Assembly: GCF_009914755.1 (NCBI RefSeq)
Contig: NC_060947.1
DNA from: the human T2T-CHM13v2.0 reference genome, Homo sapiens
Reading direction: 5' to 3' (one strand)
DNA length: 64,000 nt
Translations under genes and position numbers: made by a program
Shown: positions 1-12,204 of the stretch, piece by piece
How positions within the stretch are numbered: the stretch's first letter is position 1
How the letters are laid out: the number at the start of each line of letters is the position of its first letter
The notes under the pieces: model-generated
Seen by the model: the letters and a program-made list of their open reading frames with translations, nothing else
The model's database searches: none
What the model was told of the DNA's origin: nothing

Positions 1-81
1 GTTGACTGACATGACAAAAAGTTGCTGTGGCCCAGTCATGCCCCTAGGAATAAACTGTGTTCCGTAATTTATAGGCAACCA

Positions 82-707
82 TTTTTAGACAGCTTTTAAA
101 ATGGCTCCCAAGGATCTTTACCTCCTGGTATTCACACCCTTGTATAATCCTCTTCCCTTGAGTATGGGTTGAACCTAGTGACTTGCTTCTAATGAATAGA
201 ATTTTGCAAAAGTGATGCGTGACACTAATGAGATTAAGTTACAAAATACTGTGACTTCTTTTTGTCTATCTGACTTTCTCTGTCTCTCTTTCTCTCTCTC
301 TCCCATCCCTCTTCCTCCCTCTTTCCCTCTCTCCCCCTCTTGTTTCTTCACTCTAATAAACCCAGCTGTCATGTCATAAGCTACCCTACAGAGAGATCAC
401 TAGGCAAGGAACTAAGGGAGATCTCTGGCAACCAAGGCCTCACTCTAATAGGCCATGAGAAATTGAATTCAGCCAACAACCACTTGACCCACTTGACTGA
501 GCTTGGAAGCAGATCCATCCCCAGTTGAACTTTAAGATAATCACAACCTCAGAAAACACCTTGATTGCAGCCTGTGAGAGTTCTTGAGCCAGAGGACCCA
601 GCTAATCCATGCTTGAACTCCTGAGCTACAAAAACTTTCATGTGATAAATGTCTTCAGCCACCAAGTCGTGGGGTAATTTGTTATGCAGCTATAGATAAC
701 GAATGCA
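82..707 (+). mobile_element. MaLR solo LTR, MLT1F/MLT1E-like
   Basis: Typical MLT1 blocks (cccttgagtatggg...gacttgcttctaatgaatagaa; ccttgattgcagcctgtgaga) and the end ggtaatttgttatgcagc...ataacgaatgca. Confidence 0.8.
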
Positions 708-1136
708 GGCAATAGCAACTACATCATGAATGTCATCTGGCTGATAGCAGTTATAAATTGTCATTGATTGCAAGATGCATCTCAATTTTAGTGATGATAA
801 ATGTGGATAATCTGTATTTTAGAATAAATGGAGAAGTTGAGTAGTTTACTTGTCTGTTGTCCCCATTAGCATGATAACACCTTAAATGAAAGAACTGTGT
901 TTTATTCAGCTCTGAGTGTCCATGGTGCTCAACGCATAAGAAATGCTTTATAGATGTTTTCTATTTACCACTGGACAAAGACCTAGCTAGAGGCAAATCT
1001 TGAGAATAAGAATTTGCTCGTTGTCACGGTTTAGCTGGGTATGACTCATACCTTAAATGTTCCTTTTAAAAGTTCCAGTCTATGCTCTTTTTAATATAAC
1101 AATGCCACTCATTTCATTTGTTCTTCTGGTACTGAG

Positions 1137-1495
1137 TGTATTAGTCCATTTTCATGCTGCTGATAAAGACATGACCAAGACTGGGCAATTTACAAAAGAA
1201 AGAGGTTTAATGGACTCACAGTTCCACGTGGCTGGGGAGGCCTCACAATCATGGCAGAAGGTGAATGGCACCTCTCACATGGCGACAGACAAGAGAAGAG
1301 AGCCTGTGCAGGGAAACTCCCCTTTATAAAACCGTCAGATATTGTGAGACTTATTCACTATCATGAGAATAGCATGGGAAAGACCCGCCCCCATGATTCA
1401 ATTACCTTCCACCAGTTTCTTCCCACAACACATGGGAATTGTTAGAACTACAATTCAAGATGAGATTTGAGTGGGGACATAGCCAAACCATATCA
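1137..1495 (-). mobile_element. THE1 (THE1B-like) solo LTR
   Basis: Runs tgtattagtcc...ccaaaccatatca; perfect 5-bp TSD CTGAG at 1132-1136 and 1496-1500. Confidence 0.92.
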
Positions 1496-1994
1496 CTGAG
1501 GTTTAGAAATACCCTCGTGGATGTTGAGGACATCAATTGAATTTGGACTTTATGAATAATATTTCTAATTTAAGAATTACATGATATCCTTTCATAATTT
1601 TGATTAAAATCCTATAAGAACATGTAGAAGATTGCTAGCAAAGGAGTATTCTATACCTTAGTTTTTTTGGAAGGTGGAAGAATAATATTTTAATTTATAA
1701 GTGGAGAAAATTAATTCCATACTTAGAAATTCAGATTGTTCAGACTAATCTAAGACAACAAACTGATTTCTGTGTGCAGAGAAAGCCAACATTTTAGTGT
1801 GTGGCAAAAGGCACCTAGTAACTTAAAAAGTAGGTGTTAAACTTGGAGCTTGTGTTGATTCATCTATGGACAAATATAGGTAGCATGCTTTTTGCCCCGT
1901 TATTTAATAATTGCATGGATGTTTATTTCCCTCATTAAATTCTAGGCTCTTGAAGACAAGGACTATGTGATACCACTTATTACAATGGCAACAA

Positions 1995-2232
1995 GAAACC
2001 TTTTTGAGCATTTATGATGTGTTAGGCACCGTGCTAATCTCTTTACATGTCTGACCTTATTTATTCTTTAAAACCAAACCATGAGGCAAATAATACTTTC
2101 AGTTTTATAGATTAAATAAGTGAAGCTTAGAGAGGTTAGATAACTTGTTAATATCCTTCAGCTATCAAGTGGTAAAGTCAGGATTTGAACCTAGTGCCAT
2201 ATTTGCAAAGTCCATCATCTCAGCTACTGAGC
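1995..2232 (-). mobile_element. MIR SINE
   Basis: MIR core (gaagcttagagaggttagataacttg...ggatttgaacc); boundaries approximate. Confidence 0.75.
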
Positions 2233-2941
2233 TTTATTCGTTCCCTCTTAGTTGCAAGGCAACTAGCATGTGCTTAATAGATATTTGCTGAGTCAAAGTC
2301 ATTAATATATATCCGTTAGATTCCCACTATCTACATATTAGGTGTTGAGTTAGCTAATTGCTTAAGTGAAGGAACTTTTTAAAATTTTAAGATGGGAGTA
2401 TTAGTACTGAACTTACATCCTTTATATAGCAAGTTCTACAGGGAAATAAGCAATCCCATTCTAAAGAAATGCGATAAATTCGTGTGAAAAATAAAATATA
2501 TATTTTTTGCTATTATAGTACCTTGAAATTACCACATTAATTATAAATTTCTTTATTAAATATGTTTCCCCTTTTCTCTTTGTTTTTCAAATTAACTTAT
2601 TGAGGCTATATCACTATGTCTGGTTTTAGTTTTGAGATACAGATATGCTTTTGAGGAATGATAACAATGAAATTCATCTGAGAATGCTGTCAACAAACTG
2701 ATAACCTATTTCTCTGGTGGATGTTATAATGATGCAATAGTTTCAGATCTTGAATATAGGACTTTGTAACAAATGATCCTTTAGGGGCCTTATTATCCTA
2801 CTTAATTAGAGATGAGCAAGATAATTTATCTATTTCTATTTAAAATTTTTCATCAAAGTAGACGAAAAATGTCATGAGTGATATTTTTCTTTGTAAAATA
2901 AATGGCTTTGTTGAATTACTTAGAAACATTGTTGCAAATAA

Positions 2942-3208
<267 letters not shown>

Positions 3209-3474
3209 TAAGATGCAGAGGAAGGAGACAAGGGCAAGTGATTCTGTGACAGAGTAAAAGGCCGACTGTTCCTCCAAGGAGGATGATAATACTAATTCAT
3301 CCACCTTGTTCTTTTCCCTCATTGTTCCCTTCCTCCTTCTCCCAAGGTTGGAGGGATGGGAGAAGGGTCGAAGGAAGGGACACCGGGCTGAAATGTAGGA
3401 GCCTAGACTTTCTTGGGCCAGACATCTGAGGACTGAAGGCTGTTTTCTTCCTTCCAGTCTTTCCATCCTTTCAT

Positions 3475-4780
3475 TTTTCCATCATTTCAGTAATTTATTC
3501 ATTGAAAAAATATTCACTGAATGCCCAACTTATGCTAGAAACTATGATAGGTATATTGGCTACAGTGAGCAATATAAAACATGTTCCACCATGAACAAAT
3601 TATTTCTTGAAATACTTCAATGGGGGAAATTCAGTTTGCAAAGTGTTACTTACTTTATGCAGTATGTACCTCACATTTTGTGAAGAACCCAGAAAACAAA
3701 AAGTAAAACAAATAAAGGTGGTTCCACATTTTGCTTGTTATATGTATAAAACAGAGTAATGCATCAAGAATAACCATGAGGTGTGGCAAGAGCTGCAATT
3801 ACAGGGTGAACAAGATCAGGGAAACGTCTTTGTGGTGATGTTTGAACTAAGACTGAAGAATGAGAATGAGTTAACCATGCAAAGAACTAGGAAAAAAGCA
3901 TTCTAGGAAGAGAGAGCAGGCAATGAAGGGCCTTAAAAGGGGGAACAGATTGGTGTGTGTGAGGTCAGTGTAGTTGGAATCTGTTTACAGAGCAATTGTG
4001 GAACGAAATGGGATTGGAGATTGAGGCAGGAGTAAGACGAAGGAGGCCATGTTAGGAAAGAAGTTCACACTTCTAAGTGCATTAGTGAGTCACTGAAGAA
4101 AGTGAGCAAAGGAGGTGATTTGACCTGATGTACATTTTTTAGAACCCTGTCACTATTGTGTGAATAAAGGGTTGGAAAGGGAAAAGGAAGGAAGACGTCA
4201 AGCCACTCAGGAGACTATTGCAGTAATCCAGGGGGCAGACAATGGTATAGACTAAGGCTTAGTCAATGAGATGGCCTTGAGACATATTTGGAGACAGAAC
4301 CAATAGGAAATACCAGTGAATTGGATGTTTGTGTCTTGAGTACCTGAGTGGATGGTGGGGCCATTAACTAAGATGAGGAAGACTAGGAGAGAGGTAGAAT
4401 TGAGGAAGAAAATCAATGGGTTCCATTTTGGACATGTTAAGTTTGAGGTACTTTTCAGATATGCATGTAAGGATATCAGGTGGGCATTTAGAACAGGAGT
4501 TAGGATTTATGATGAGAATCTGGAACTAAACACAAACTTTTGAGGGGCATTGGCATACAGATGGCATTTAAAACCAGGGTCTTGGATGAGCATAACTAAG
4601 GAAAGAGTAGAAGGAGAAGGAAAGAAGCCCCAGGAGTGAACCATGAGATATCCCAATATTTGGGCTAGAGAAGGAGCTAGCAAAGGAGACTGAGAAGGGG
4701 AAGCTACTAACATAGAAGGAAAACCAGGACAGTGAGCATGATGGAAACCAAGATAAAAGTATGCATCAATAACTTAAAAA
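3475..4780 (-). mobile_element. L2 LINE fragments
   Basis: L2 3'-end motif (ttcattgaaaaaatattcactgaatgcc) and purine-rich L2 body (ttttggacatgttaagtttgagg); boundaries approximate. Confidence 0.7.
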
Positions 4781-5867
4781 TGGCATACTAAAAATGTCTA
4801 AAGATACTGCAGAGAGAGTTTTCCATCACCTGTTGACTACTGCTAGGGCTCTGGGCAAAATGATTGATCTGTTTCTTAGTCTCCATTTCCTCTCATCTTT
4901 CTCTGACATTCTGGCCTCAAATTCAAAGTAGTTTCTCTGGGTTGTGAAGCAGGTTGTAAAATTTCTTCTATTTCCTTCTACCCCAACCCAAGTTCCAGTT
5001 CGTTGGAGACTATTTTAGCTGGATGTGGGTCCAGTGAAAACATCATAGTGTGAGTGGCCAGTAGGTCCAAACTTCTTAAACTGTGTTTGCCATCCTGCTG
5101 AATGGGGCCTGAATAAGCAAAGACCATTGCTGAGGGAGGCAATGTAAGCTACCACTGCAGCGTCTTCAAGACAAAAATACTGAATATTTTTGCATGTGTA
5201 TTTATTTTACCAAAATAAAAATTTTATTAATTGTATTCTTCTTCAAATATTTATTTTGCAAGAAGTAAATATGAATCTTCATTTTATTTATATGTTCCAA
5301 AAATAGGTTCTGTTTAATTAAATATTAATTAAATATTCTCACTGAGGATTATTTAATTATCATTTGTATTTTTGTAAGAAAAAGTAGAGATGTATTTTCC
5401 CCTTACAATTGTGATAATCAAATGAGTAAGCTTTGTGTTTTAACAGTAATAATATTTAAACTCTAATATTAGAACTTTTTTTCATTGTGATGGAAGTATG
5501 AGGCCAGGGTACCAATGGTTATATAGATATGTTAAAGATCTCTCCTTTCTTGATAGTTCTACCTGATCTGAAAGCTAGAATTTCAGAGGGGTGGCTTGAG
5601 GCTTACTGCTTGCAGATTAAGTACTTTTTTCCTGGTTAATTTAATTCAGTATTTAACGGCATTTTTTCCACCTAACGTTACTTTCTCTTGAGGCATTTCA
5701 TTCAAAAAGCTCTGATCTTTTTAATAGTCTAAGTGTATTTGTTAGTTTTGGAAGCTGCCTTGCATTTTTAGAACATAATTATAAAAACACTTTTTTGACA
5801 ACCAAGAGCCGAATTATCTTGCAAATACAGGTATTTGCAAGATATTATATTTTTTACTATTATCTTT

Positions 5868-6107
5868 TTTGTTTAAAATGTTTTTTAAAATTTTGTGGGT
5901 AAATAGTAGGTGTATATATTTATGGGGTACATGAGATACTTTGATACAGGCATGCAGTGAGCAACAATCCCATCATGGAAAACGGGGTATCCATCTCCTC
6001 AAGCATTTGTTTTTTGTGTTGCAAACAATCCAATTATACTCTTTTAGTTATTTTTAAATATACAATTAAATTATTATTGACTATAATCATCCTGTTGTGC
6101 TATCAAA
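5868..6107 (-). mobile_element. L1MA-type 3' end fragment
   Basis: gtgggtaaatagtaggtgtatatatttatggggtacatgag; flanking direct repeat TACTATTATCTTT at 5855-5867 and 6108-6120. Confidence 0.85.
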
Positions 6108-6226
6108 TACTATTATCTTTATCTTGCCCCAGTAAAATGCATGGCATATTTCAAAATTTATTAAAGTAGAATGGTTTATATAATATTCAGTTATACTCAC
6201 TTAAAACTGTTTTATTGATTATTTGT

Positions 6227-6660
6227 TACTATGGTTTGAATACGATTTGTCCTCTCCATGTCAATTCATGTTGAAATTTGATTGCTACTGTAGCACTGTT
6301 GGGAGATGAGGCCTAATGGGAGGTATTTGGGTCATAGGGGCACTGCCACCATGAATAGATTAATGCCATCGTGTGAGAGTGAATTCTTCCTCTCATGGGA
6401 CTGGATTAGTTACCACAAGAGCAGATTGTTATAAAGAGAGGTTGCCTCTCATGGTTTGTCTTTTTTGCACACGCGCACTTCCTTTTCCACCACTTCTCCA
6501 CCATGTTATGATGCACCACGAGGCTCTCATCATAAGCAGGCTAGATGCAGCTGCCTGACCTTCCAAGTCTCCAGAATTGTGAGACAAAATAAACCCCTTT
6601 TCTTTATAAATTACCCAGTCTCAGGTATTCTGTTATAGCAACAGAAAACTGGCTAAGACA
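6227..6660 (+). mobile_element. MST-family MaLR solo LTR
   Basis: Runs tactatggtttgaa...ggctaagaca; 5-bp TSD TTTGT at 6222-6226 and 6661-6665. Confidence 0.88.
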
Positions 6661-7192
6661 TTTGTCATATGCAAGAAAAACTGTGTGAGGCACCATGGGG
6701 AATGACAAAGATGCATGATAAACATCTATTTCCCTTACAAAGAGTTTAACCTAATCAATAGAAATGAGGCTCCAGTCCAGTTCTGCAAACTGTCATGCAG
6801 AGAAGTCACCTTGCACCTGGCCGTTAAACCTTTATCCCATCCTGAAATGTTTAGAGGATACTAGTCAAGTTCCTCACAGTGCACCATCCATCAGGGAAAT
6901 GTGAGCATGTCCTTAGGGCCCCAGAAGCATATTTTATTCCCTAGTGCCTAGCATATAGTATGCATTCAATGAATATTGTTGAGTAAGTGAATAAATGAAT
7001 GAATGCTGCAGAAACTAAATGGTTTAAAGTGGCTTCTAACTAATCCCAGGCAGTAATATATACTGGGAGAAATAGGCTCTTTATATACCTGTCTTCAGTG
7101 GTAGAAAATGCTTTCCATATGAGTCCTAGAGACATCTTGTTATACCTAATTGACTAGGTAGTTTTCATTATTTTAGGATTTTCTTTGGAAAG

Positions 7193-7531
7193 TGCTATGG
7201 TTTGAATGTGTCCCCTTCAAAATTCATGTGTTGGAAATTTAATCCCCAATGTAACACTGTTGGGAGGTGGGGCTTTTCAGGAACTATTTAGGTCATGAGG
7301 GCTCTGCCCTCAGGAATAGATTAATGCTGCTATAGAAAAGGCTTGCAGGAGTGGGTTTGTTCTCTCTTGTCCTTCTGCCTTCTGCTATGTGAGGACATCA
7401 AGAAAGCTGGCACAAGATTCCAGCACCTTGATCTTCCCAGCCTCCAGAACTGTGAGGAAATTAATTTCTATTTTTTACAAATTACTCAGTTTCAGGTATT
7501 CTGTTACAGCAGCACCAAATGGACTAAGACA
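7193..7531 (+). mobile_element. MSTC/MSTD-like MaLR solo LTR
   Basis: Runs tgctatggtttgaatgtgtcccc...ggactaagaca. Confidence 0.82.
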
Positions 7532-7574
7532 GACAATGATGCTTTTCTGATATTTTAAAGTTGGTATCCGTAAG

Positions 7575-7697
7575 AATCATTCATGCAGATTCTCAGATCT
7601 CCATCTCCCCAGATTCACTTTCAGGGGTTTGAATTGTACAGAAGCATTCCAGGTGATTCTGATGCAGGTTCCTGTAGACCACATTTTTAGAAATACT
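7575..7697. mobile_element. MER5-like hAT-Charlie fragment
   Basis: ccaggtgattctgatgcagg...gaccacatttttagaaatact. Confidence 0.6.
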
Positions 7698-8227
7698 ATT
7701 ATTGAGTACAGATAGGCACATTGATCTTTAGGATTTCACCAGACTTTATAACTAAAACTGTCTAAAAATACACACTATTGGCTTGAGAGTAATTTTAAAA
7801 ATAGAAATTAAGATTTCAAAAGCACAAGTCATATATGCAAAGTGGCTTTGCAGTTATCAGAAAGTGTGATTAGCAGGGCTACTCTAATATGTGAGATCAC
7901 CCAAGGTTACCATTGATTAATAAAGATTTAGGCAAGGCTGGAATCAATAGGTCAGTTGTAACGGCTATTCCAGTGTTGTTACTGAGTTACCATATGATTT
8001 ATGGTTCCTAGATCAATAAAGATGAAGTGAGTCTTTAAATTTTTAGGCAAGTGTGTATGTGAAAAGAAGCTAAAACAGGACCAGCTTTGAAAAAAATCAA
8101 GAGAAGTGTTTATTCAAGGACAGTTTTTTTCCTAGAGTGATTTTATTGGATCAATGTGATACCACTGATCTCGACAGCAACAAATTATAACTCAAAAGTG
8201 AACTTGAAGCTTTTCAAGTTGTTCATG

Positions 8228-10439
8228 CAGGCATACCTGAGAAATATTGGAGATTCATTTGCAGACTACCACAATAAAGTGAATATCACAATAAAAGCCA
8301 ATCACATGAATTTTTTTGGTTTCTCAGTGCATACAAAAGTCATTTTTACATAATACTGTAGTCTATTAAGTGTGCAGTAGCATTGTGTCTTAAAAAACAA
8401 TGCAATACCTTAATTAAAATATTTTATTGCTAAAAAATGCTAGCAATCATCTTAGCCTTCAGCGAGTCATAATCTTTTTGACCAGCAAAAAGGAGAGTCT
8501 TCCCTTGATGTTGATGGCTATTGACTGATCAGGGTGGTGGTTGCTGAAAGTTGGGGTGACTGGCAATTTCTTAAAAAATAAGACAACGATGACTTTTGCC
8601 ACATGAATTGAGTTTTCCTTTCACAAAAGATTTGTATGTTTCATTCAATGCTGTTTCACAGCATTTTACCCACAGTAGAACATCTTTCAAAATTGGAATC
8701 AATCCTTTCAAACCCTGCTGCTGCTTTATCAACTAAGTTTATGTAATATTCTAAGCCCTTTGTTGTCATTTCCACAGTCTTCACAGCATCTTCACCAGGA
8801 GTAGATTCCATCCCAAAAAAGTCACTTTCTTTGCTCATCCATAAGAAGCAACTCCTCATCTGTTCAAGTTTTAACATGAAATTGATAAAACAATCAATTA
8901 CAATCCAATAACATCTTCAGGCTTCACTTCTAGTTCTTTTGCTATTTCCACCACATCTGCAGTGACTTCTCCCATCGAAGTCTTAAACCCCTCAATGTCA
9001 TCCATGAGAACTGAAATCAGTTTCTTCCAAACTTCTGTTAATGTTGATATTTTGACCTCCTCCCATGAATCATGAATGTTCTTAATGGCATCAAGAATGG
9101 CGAATCCTCTCCAGTAGGTTTTCAATTTATTTTGCCCAGATCCATCAGAGGAATCCCTATTTATGGCAGTTATAGCCTTATAAAATGTATTTTTTAAATA
9201 ATAAGACTTGAAAGTCAAAGTTATTCCTTGATCCATGGGATACAGAATGGATGTTGTGTTAGCAGGCATGAAAACAGCATTAATTTCCCTGTACATCTCC
9301 CTCAGGTCTCTTGGGGGACCAGGTGCATTATCAATGAGCAGTAATATTTTGAAAGGAATCTTCTTTTCTGAGCAGTAGGTCTCAAGAGTGGGCTTAAGAT
9401 ATTCAGTAAACCACGCTGTAAACAGATGTGCTGTCATCCAGACTTTGTTTTTCCATTTCTAGAGGATGGGCAGAGTTAATTTAGCATAATTCTTAAGGGC
9501 CTTAACAGTTTTGGAATGGTAAATGAGCATTGGCTTCAACTTAAAGTCACCAGCTGCATTAGCCCCTAACAAGAAAGTCAGCCTGTCCTTTGAAGTTTTG
9601 AGGCCAGGCATCACCTTCTCTTTATATATGAAAGTCCTTGATGGCATCTTCTTCCTGTAGAAGGCTGTTCCATCTCCACTGAAAATCTGTTTAGTGTAGC
9701 CACCTTCATCAATGATCTTAGCTAGATCTTCTGGATAACTTGCTGCAGCCTCTACATCAGCGCTTGCTGCTCTACCTCGCACTTTTATGTTATGGAGACG
9801 GCTTCTTTCCTTAAACCTCTGAACCGATCTCTGCAAACTTCCAACTTTTCTTCTGTAGCTTCCTTACTTCTCTCAGCCTTCATAGAGTGGAAGAGAGTTA
9901 GAGTCTTTCTCTGGATTAGGCTTTGGCTTAAGGGAATGTTGTGGCTGGTTTGATCTTCTATCCAGACCACTCAGACTTTCTCCATATCAGCAATAATGCT
10001 GTTTCACTTTATTATCATTTGTGTGTTCACTGGAGTATCACTTTTAATTTCCTTCAAGAACTTTTACTTGTTTTAAAGCTCTCCTTCTTATTCTCCTGTG
10101 GCTCTCATCTTGTGGAGCAGCCAGAACACACACAACATTGATTGATTAAGTTTACCGATCTTATATAGGTGCAGTTCTGAGTACTCCAAAACAGCTACAA
10201 TAGTAACATCAAATATCACTGGTCACACATCACTACAACAGACAATAATAATGAAAAAGTTTAAAATATTGTGAGAATTACCAAAATGTGAAACAGAGAC
10301 ATGAACTGAGCACGTACTGTTGGGAAAATGGTGCCAATAGACTTGCTCCATACATTATTGCCACAAACCTTCAATTTGTAAAGAATACAATATCTGTGAA
10401 TCTCACTAAAGCAAAGTGCAATAAAATGAAGTATGCCCA
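8228..10439 (-). mobile_element. Tigger1 DNA transposon, near full length, with an internal deletion
   Basis: Terminal repeats CAGGCATACCT (8228) and ...gaagtatgccca (10439) followed by TA; broken transposase ORFs. Confidence 0.93.
8656..9970 (-). pseudogene. Disrupted Tigger1 (pogo-like DDE) transposase
   Basis: ORF pieces containing [25 protein letters not shown] and [19 protein letters not shown], split by stops and frameshifts. Confidence 0.88.
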
Positions 10440-12144
10440 TATATTGCATATCTGTACTTGTAAATGCATTTTACAAGTAGGACTAACATGCGGTAAATCA
10501 TAAATCTGTTAAAAACTCAGAAAACAACATCAACTGGTGATTTGCCTCTGTGCCCACTGTCTTAGATTTTTGCATTGAAAAGGATCTGTTCTATTTGACA
10601 CAGCATAGATTCAGTGAAAGTAACAGATTAGAACACCTTGAAAGAATGGGCAATGTTGGCATGAGAAGCTATTTGTAATCTCTGTTCTAGAATCTTTAAT
10701 AGTTTAAAATAGTTTTTGTATTGAGTGTTTTAGAAGGTAAGTGGTAAGAAATAAAATGACTACTTTGAGGCAAATTATGTAAAAGAAGGATTTAAGGAGG
10801 TTGTTCAGGAATAGTTGTTTTAAAAAGATGACAGTAGCAAGCTAAGTTGCAAGCTTAGAACCTCAAGAAGCAAAAGGGGGAAATACCTTTTGTTCATCTT
10901 ACCTCCACGACACTGTAGATGATTAACTATTTATAGCAAATAGGAGGGGAGGATTTTTGAAGATATCTCACATTTTGGTGCTTGCGTTATATATAAATCC
11001 TCTTATTTGAAGTGATCTGAAAAGACCAGTAAACTGAAAAAGTCAGTTAGGGATCATAAAACCATGTATCATAAATGTGACACTCACCAATGCTTTGCTG
11101 TAGTGGACAAGCCTTCTTCTTTTAGTGTAGAATTATTGGAGTTCCAAGTTGTCTTACTTATGAAAACGGATGATGTTAGGTATTGAATGGGATTTTCTCT
11201 GTTTTTGCTTGTTTGTTTTGTTTTTCAGGCCTTGAAAATTAAGTCTCATAGCTGAAAACAAAAAAGACTTAGTAAACTGCCCCTTAAATTTACAAAAGCA
11301 GCTATGACTGGGGCCAGCGCTCTGCCTCCAGGACTGTAGAGAAGAGGCAGGCAAAACCAGCTTTTGTTCACTTATCCCTCTGCCCTACCCTATGCAAGTG
11401 GAAGGCTGGAAAGAAGAGAGAGCCAAACATTTTGGGAAAAGTAGTGTTCAATAAGAGAAATGATCCCCTTTCTCCCAGTGAGGGGAGGCTACATCCTGAA
11501 TAACTGGGGAGCATCTGCAGGAAATAAGGTTGACATTGCATTCCTGAGCTGAATGTTCAGCTTACTGATCTGCCCTTCTGATACCCGGGTGGGGGAAAGA
11601 GCATCAGGGAGTCACCCTCTTGAGTTCCCTATGCATGATGGAAGACAATTTTTGCCTGTTCCCATAGGAGCTCTTTTGGATTGAGATCCTATTCAGTAAT
11701 GTCTGTTGAGACCCTCACCTGTCCACATCTATCCATGCTCAGGCTTTAAATATTCAGTTACATCATTAATTATAACAATCAATTACTTGCAAAGAGACAA
11801 TGCCCGTTTTTCCTCTCCCTTCTCCCCATCCTCATACCAGAGGGATAACTAGGGAGAAAGGCAGGAGAATATGAGAGTCACGGGAGAATAAGGAGAGCTT
11901 TAAAACAAGAAAAAGATTAAAGCCATAAGAAGATTGCCTGAAAAACTGGAATGAGATGGTTCTAATGACTAAAAGGATCACACGGTTTTGCGATAAAAAT
12001 AAGATTCCTGAGGGGGTTGCTAGAGCACAGTTAGTAGCAGTTACTCCAAAATGAAAACTATTTGATATGTATACTGCAAAAGTTGAAATTTTCACATAAA
12101 AACCATACTTTAATAATCCACTCCCATCAAGTAGTCTATGGTAG

Positions 12145-12146
<2 letters not shown>

Positions 12147-12180
<34 letters not shown>

Positions 12181-12204
12181 GTGTGTTTGTGTGTGTGTGT
12201 GTGT
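12147..12204. repeat. Interrupted (TG)n microsatellite
   Basis: Seen directly in the sequence. Confidence 0.95.

Noticed and set aside
8898-9836. Transposase ORFs as a domesticated TIGD-like gene
   Set aside because: Multiple frameshifts and loss of the N-terminal region; an ordinary decayed Tigger1 copy
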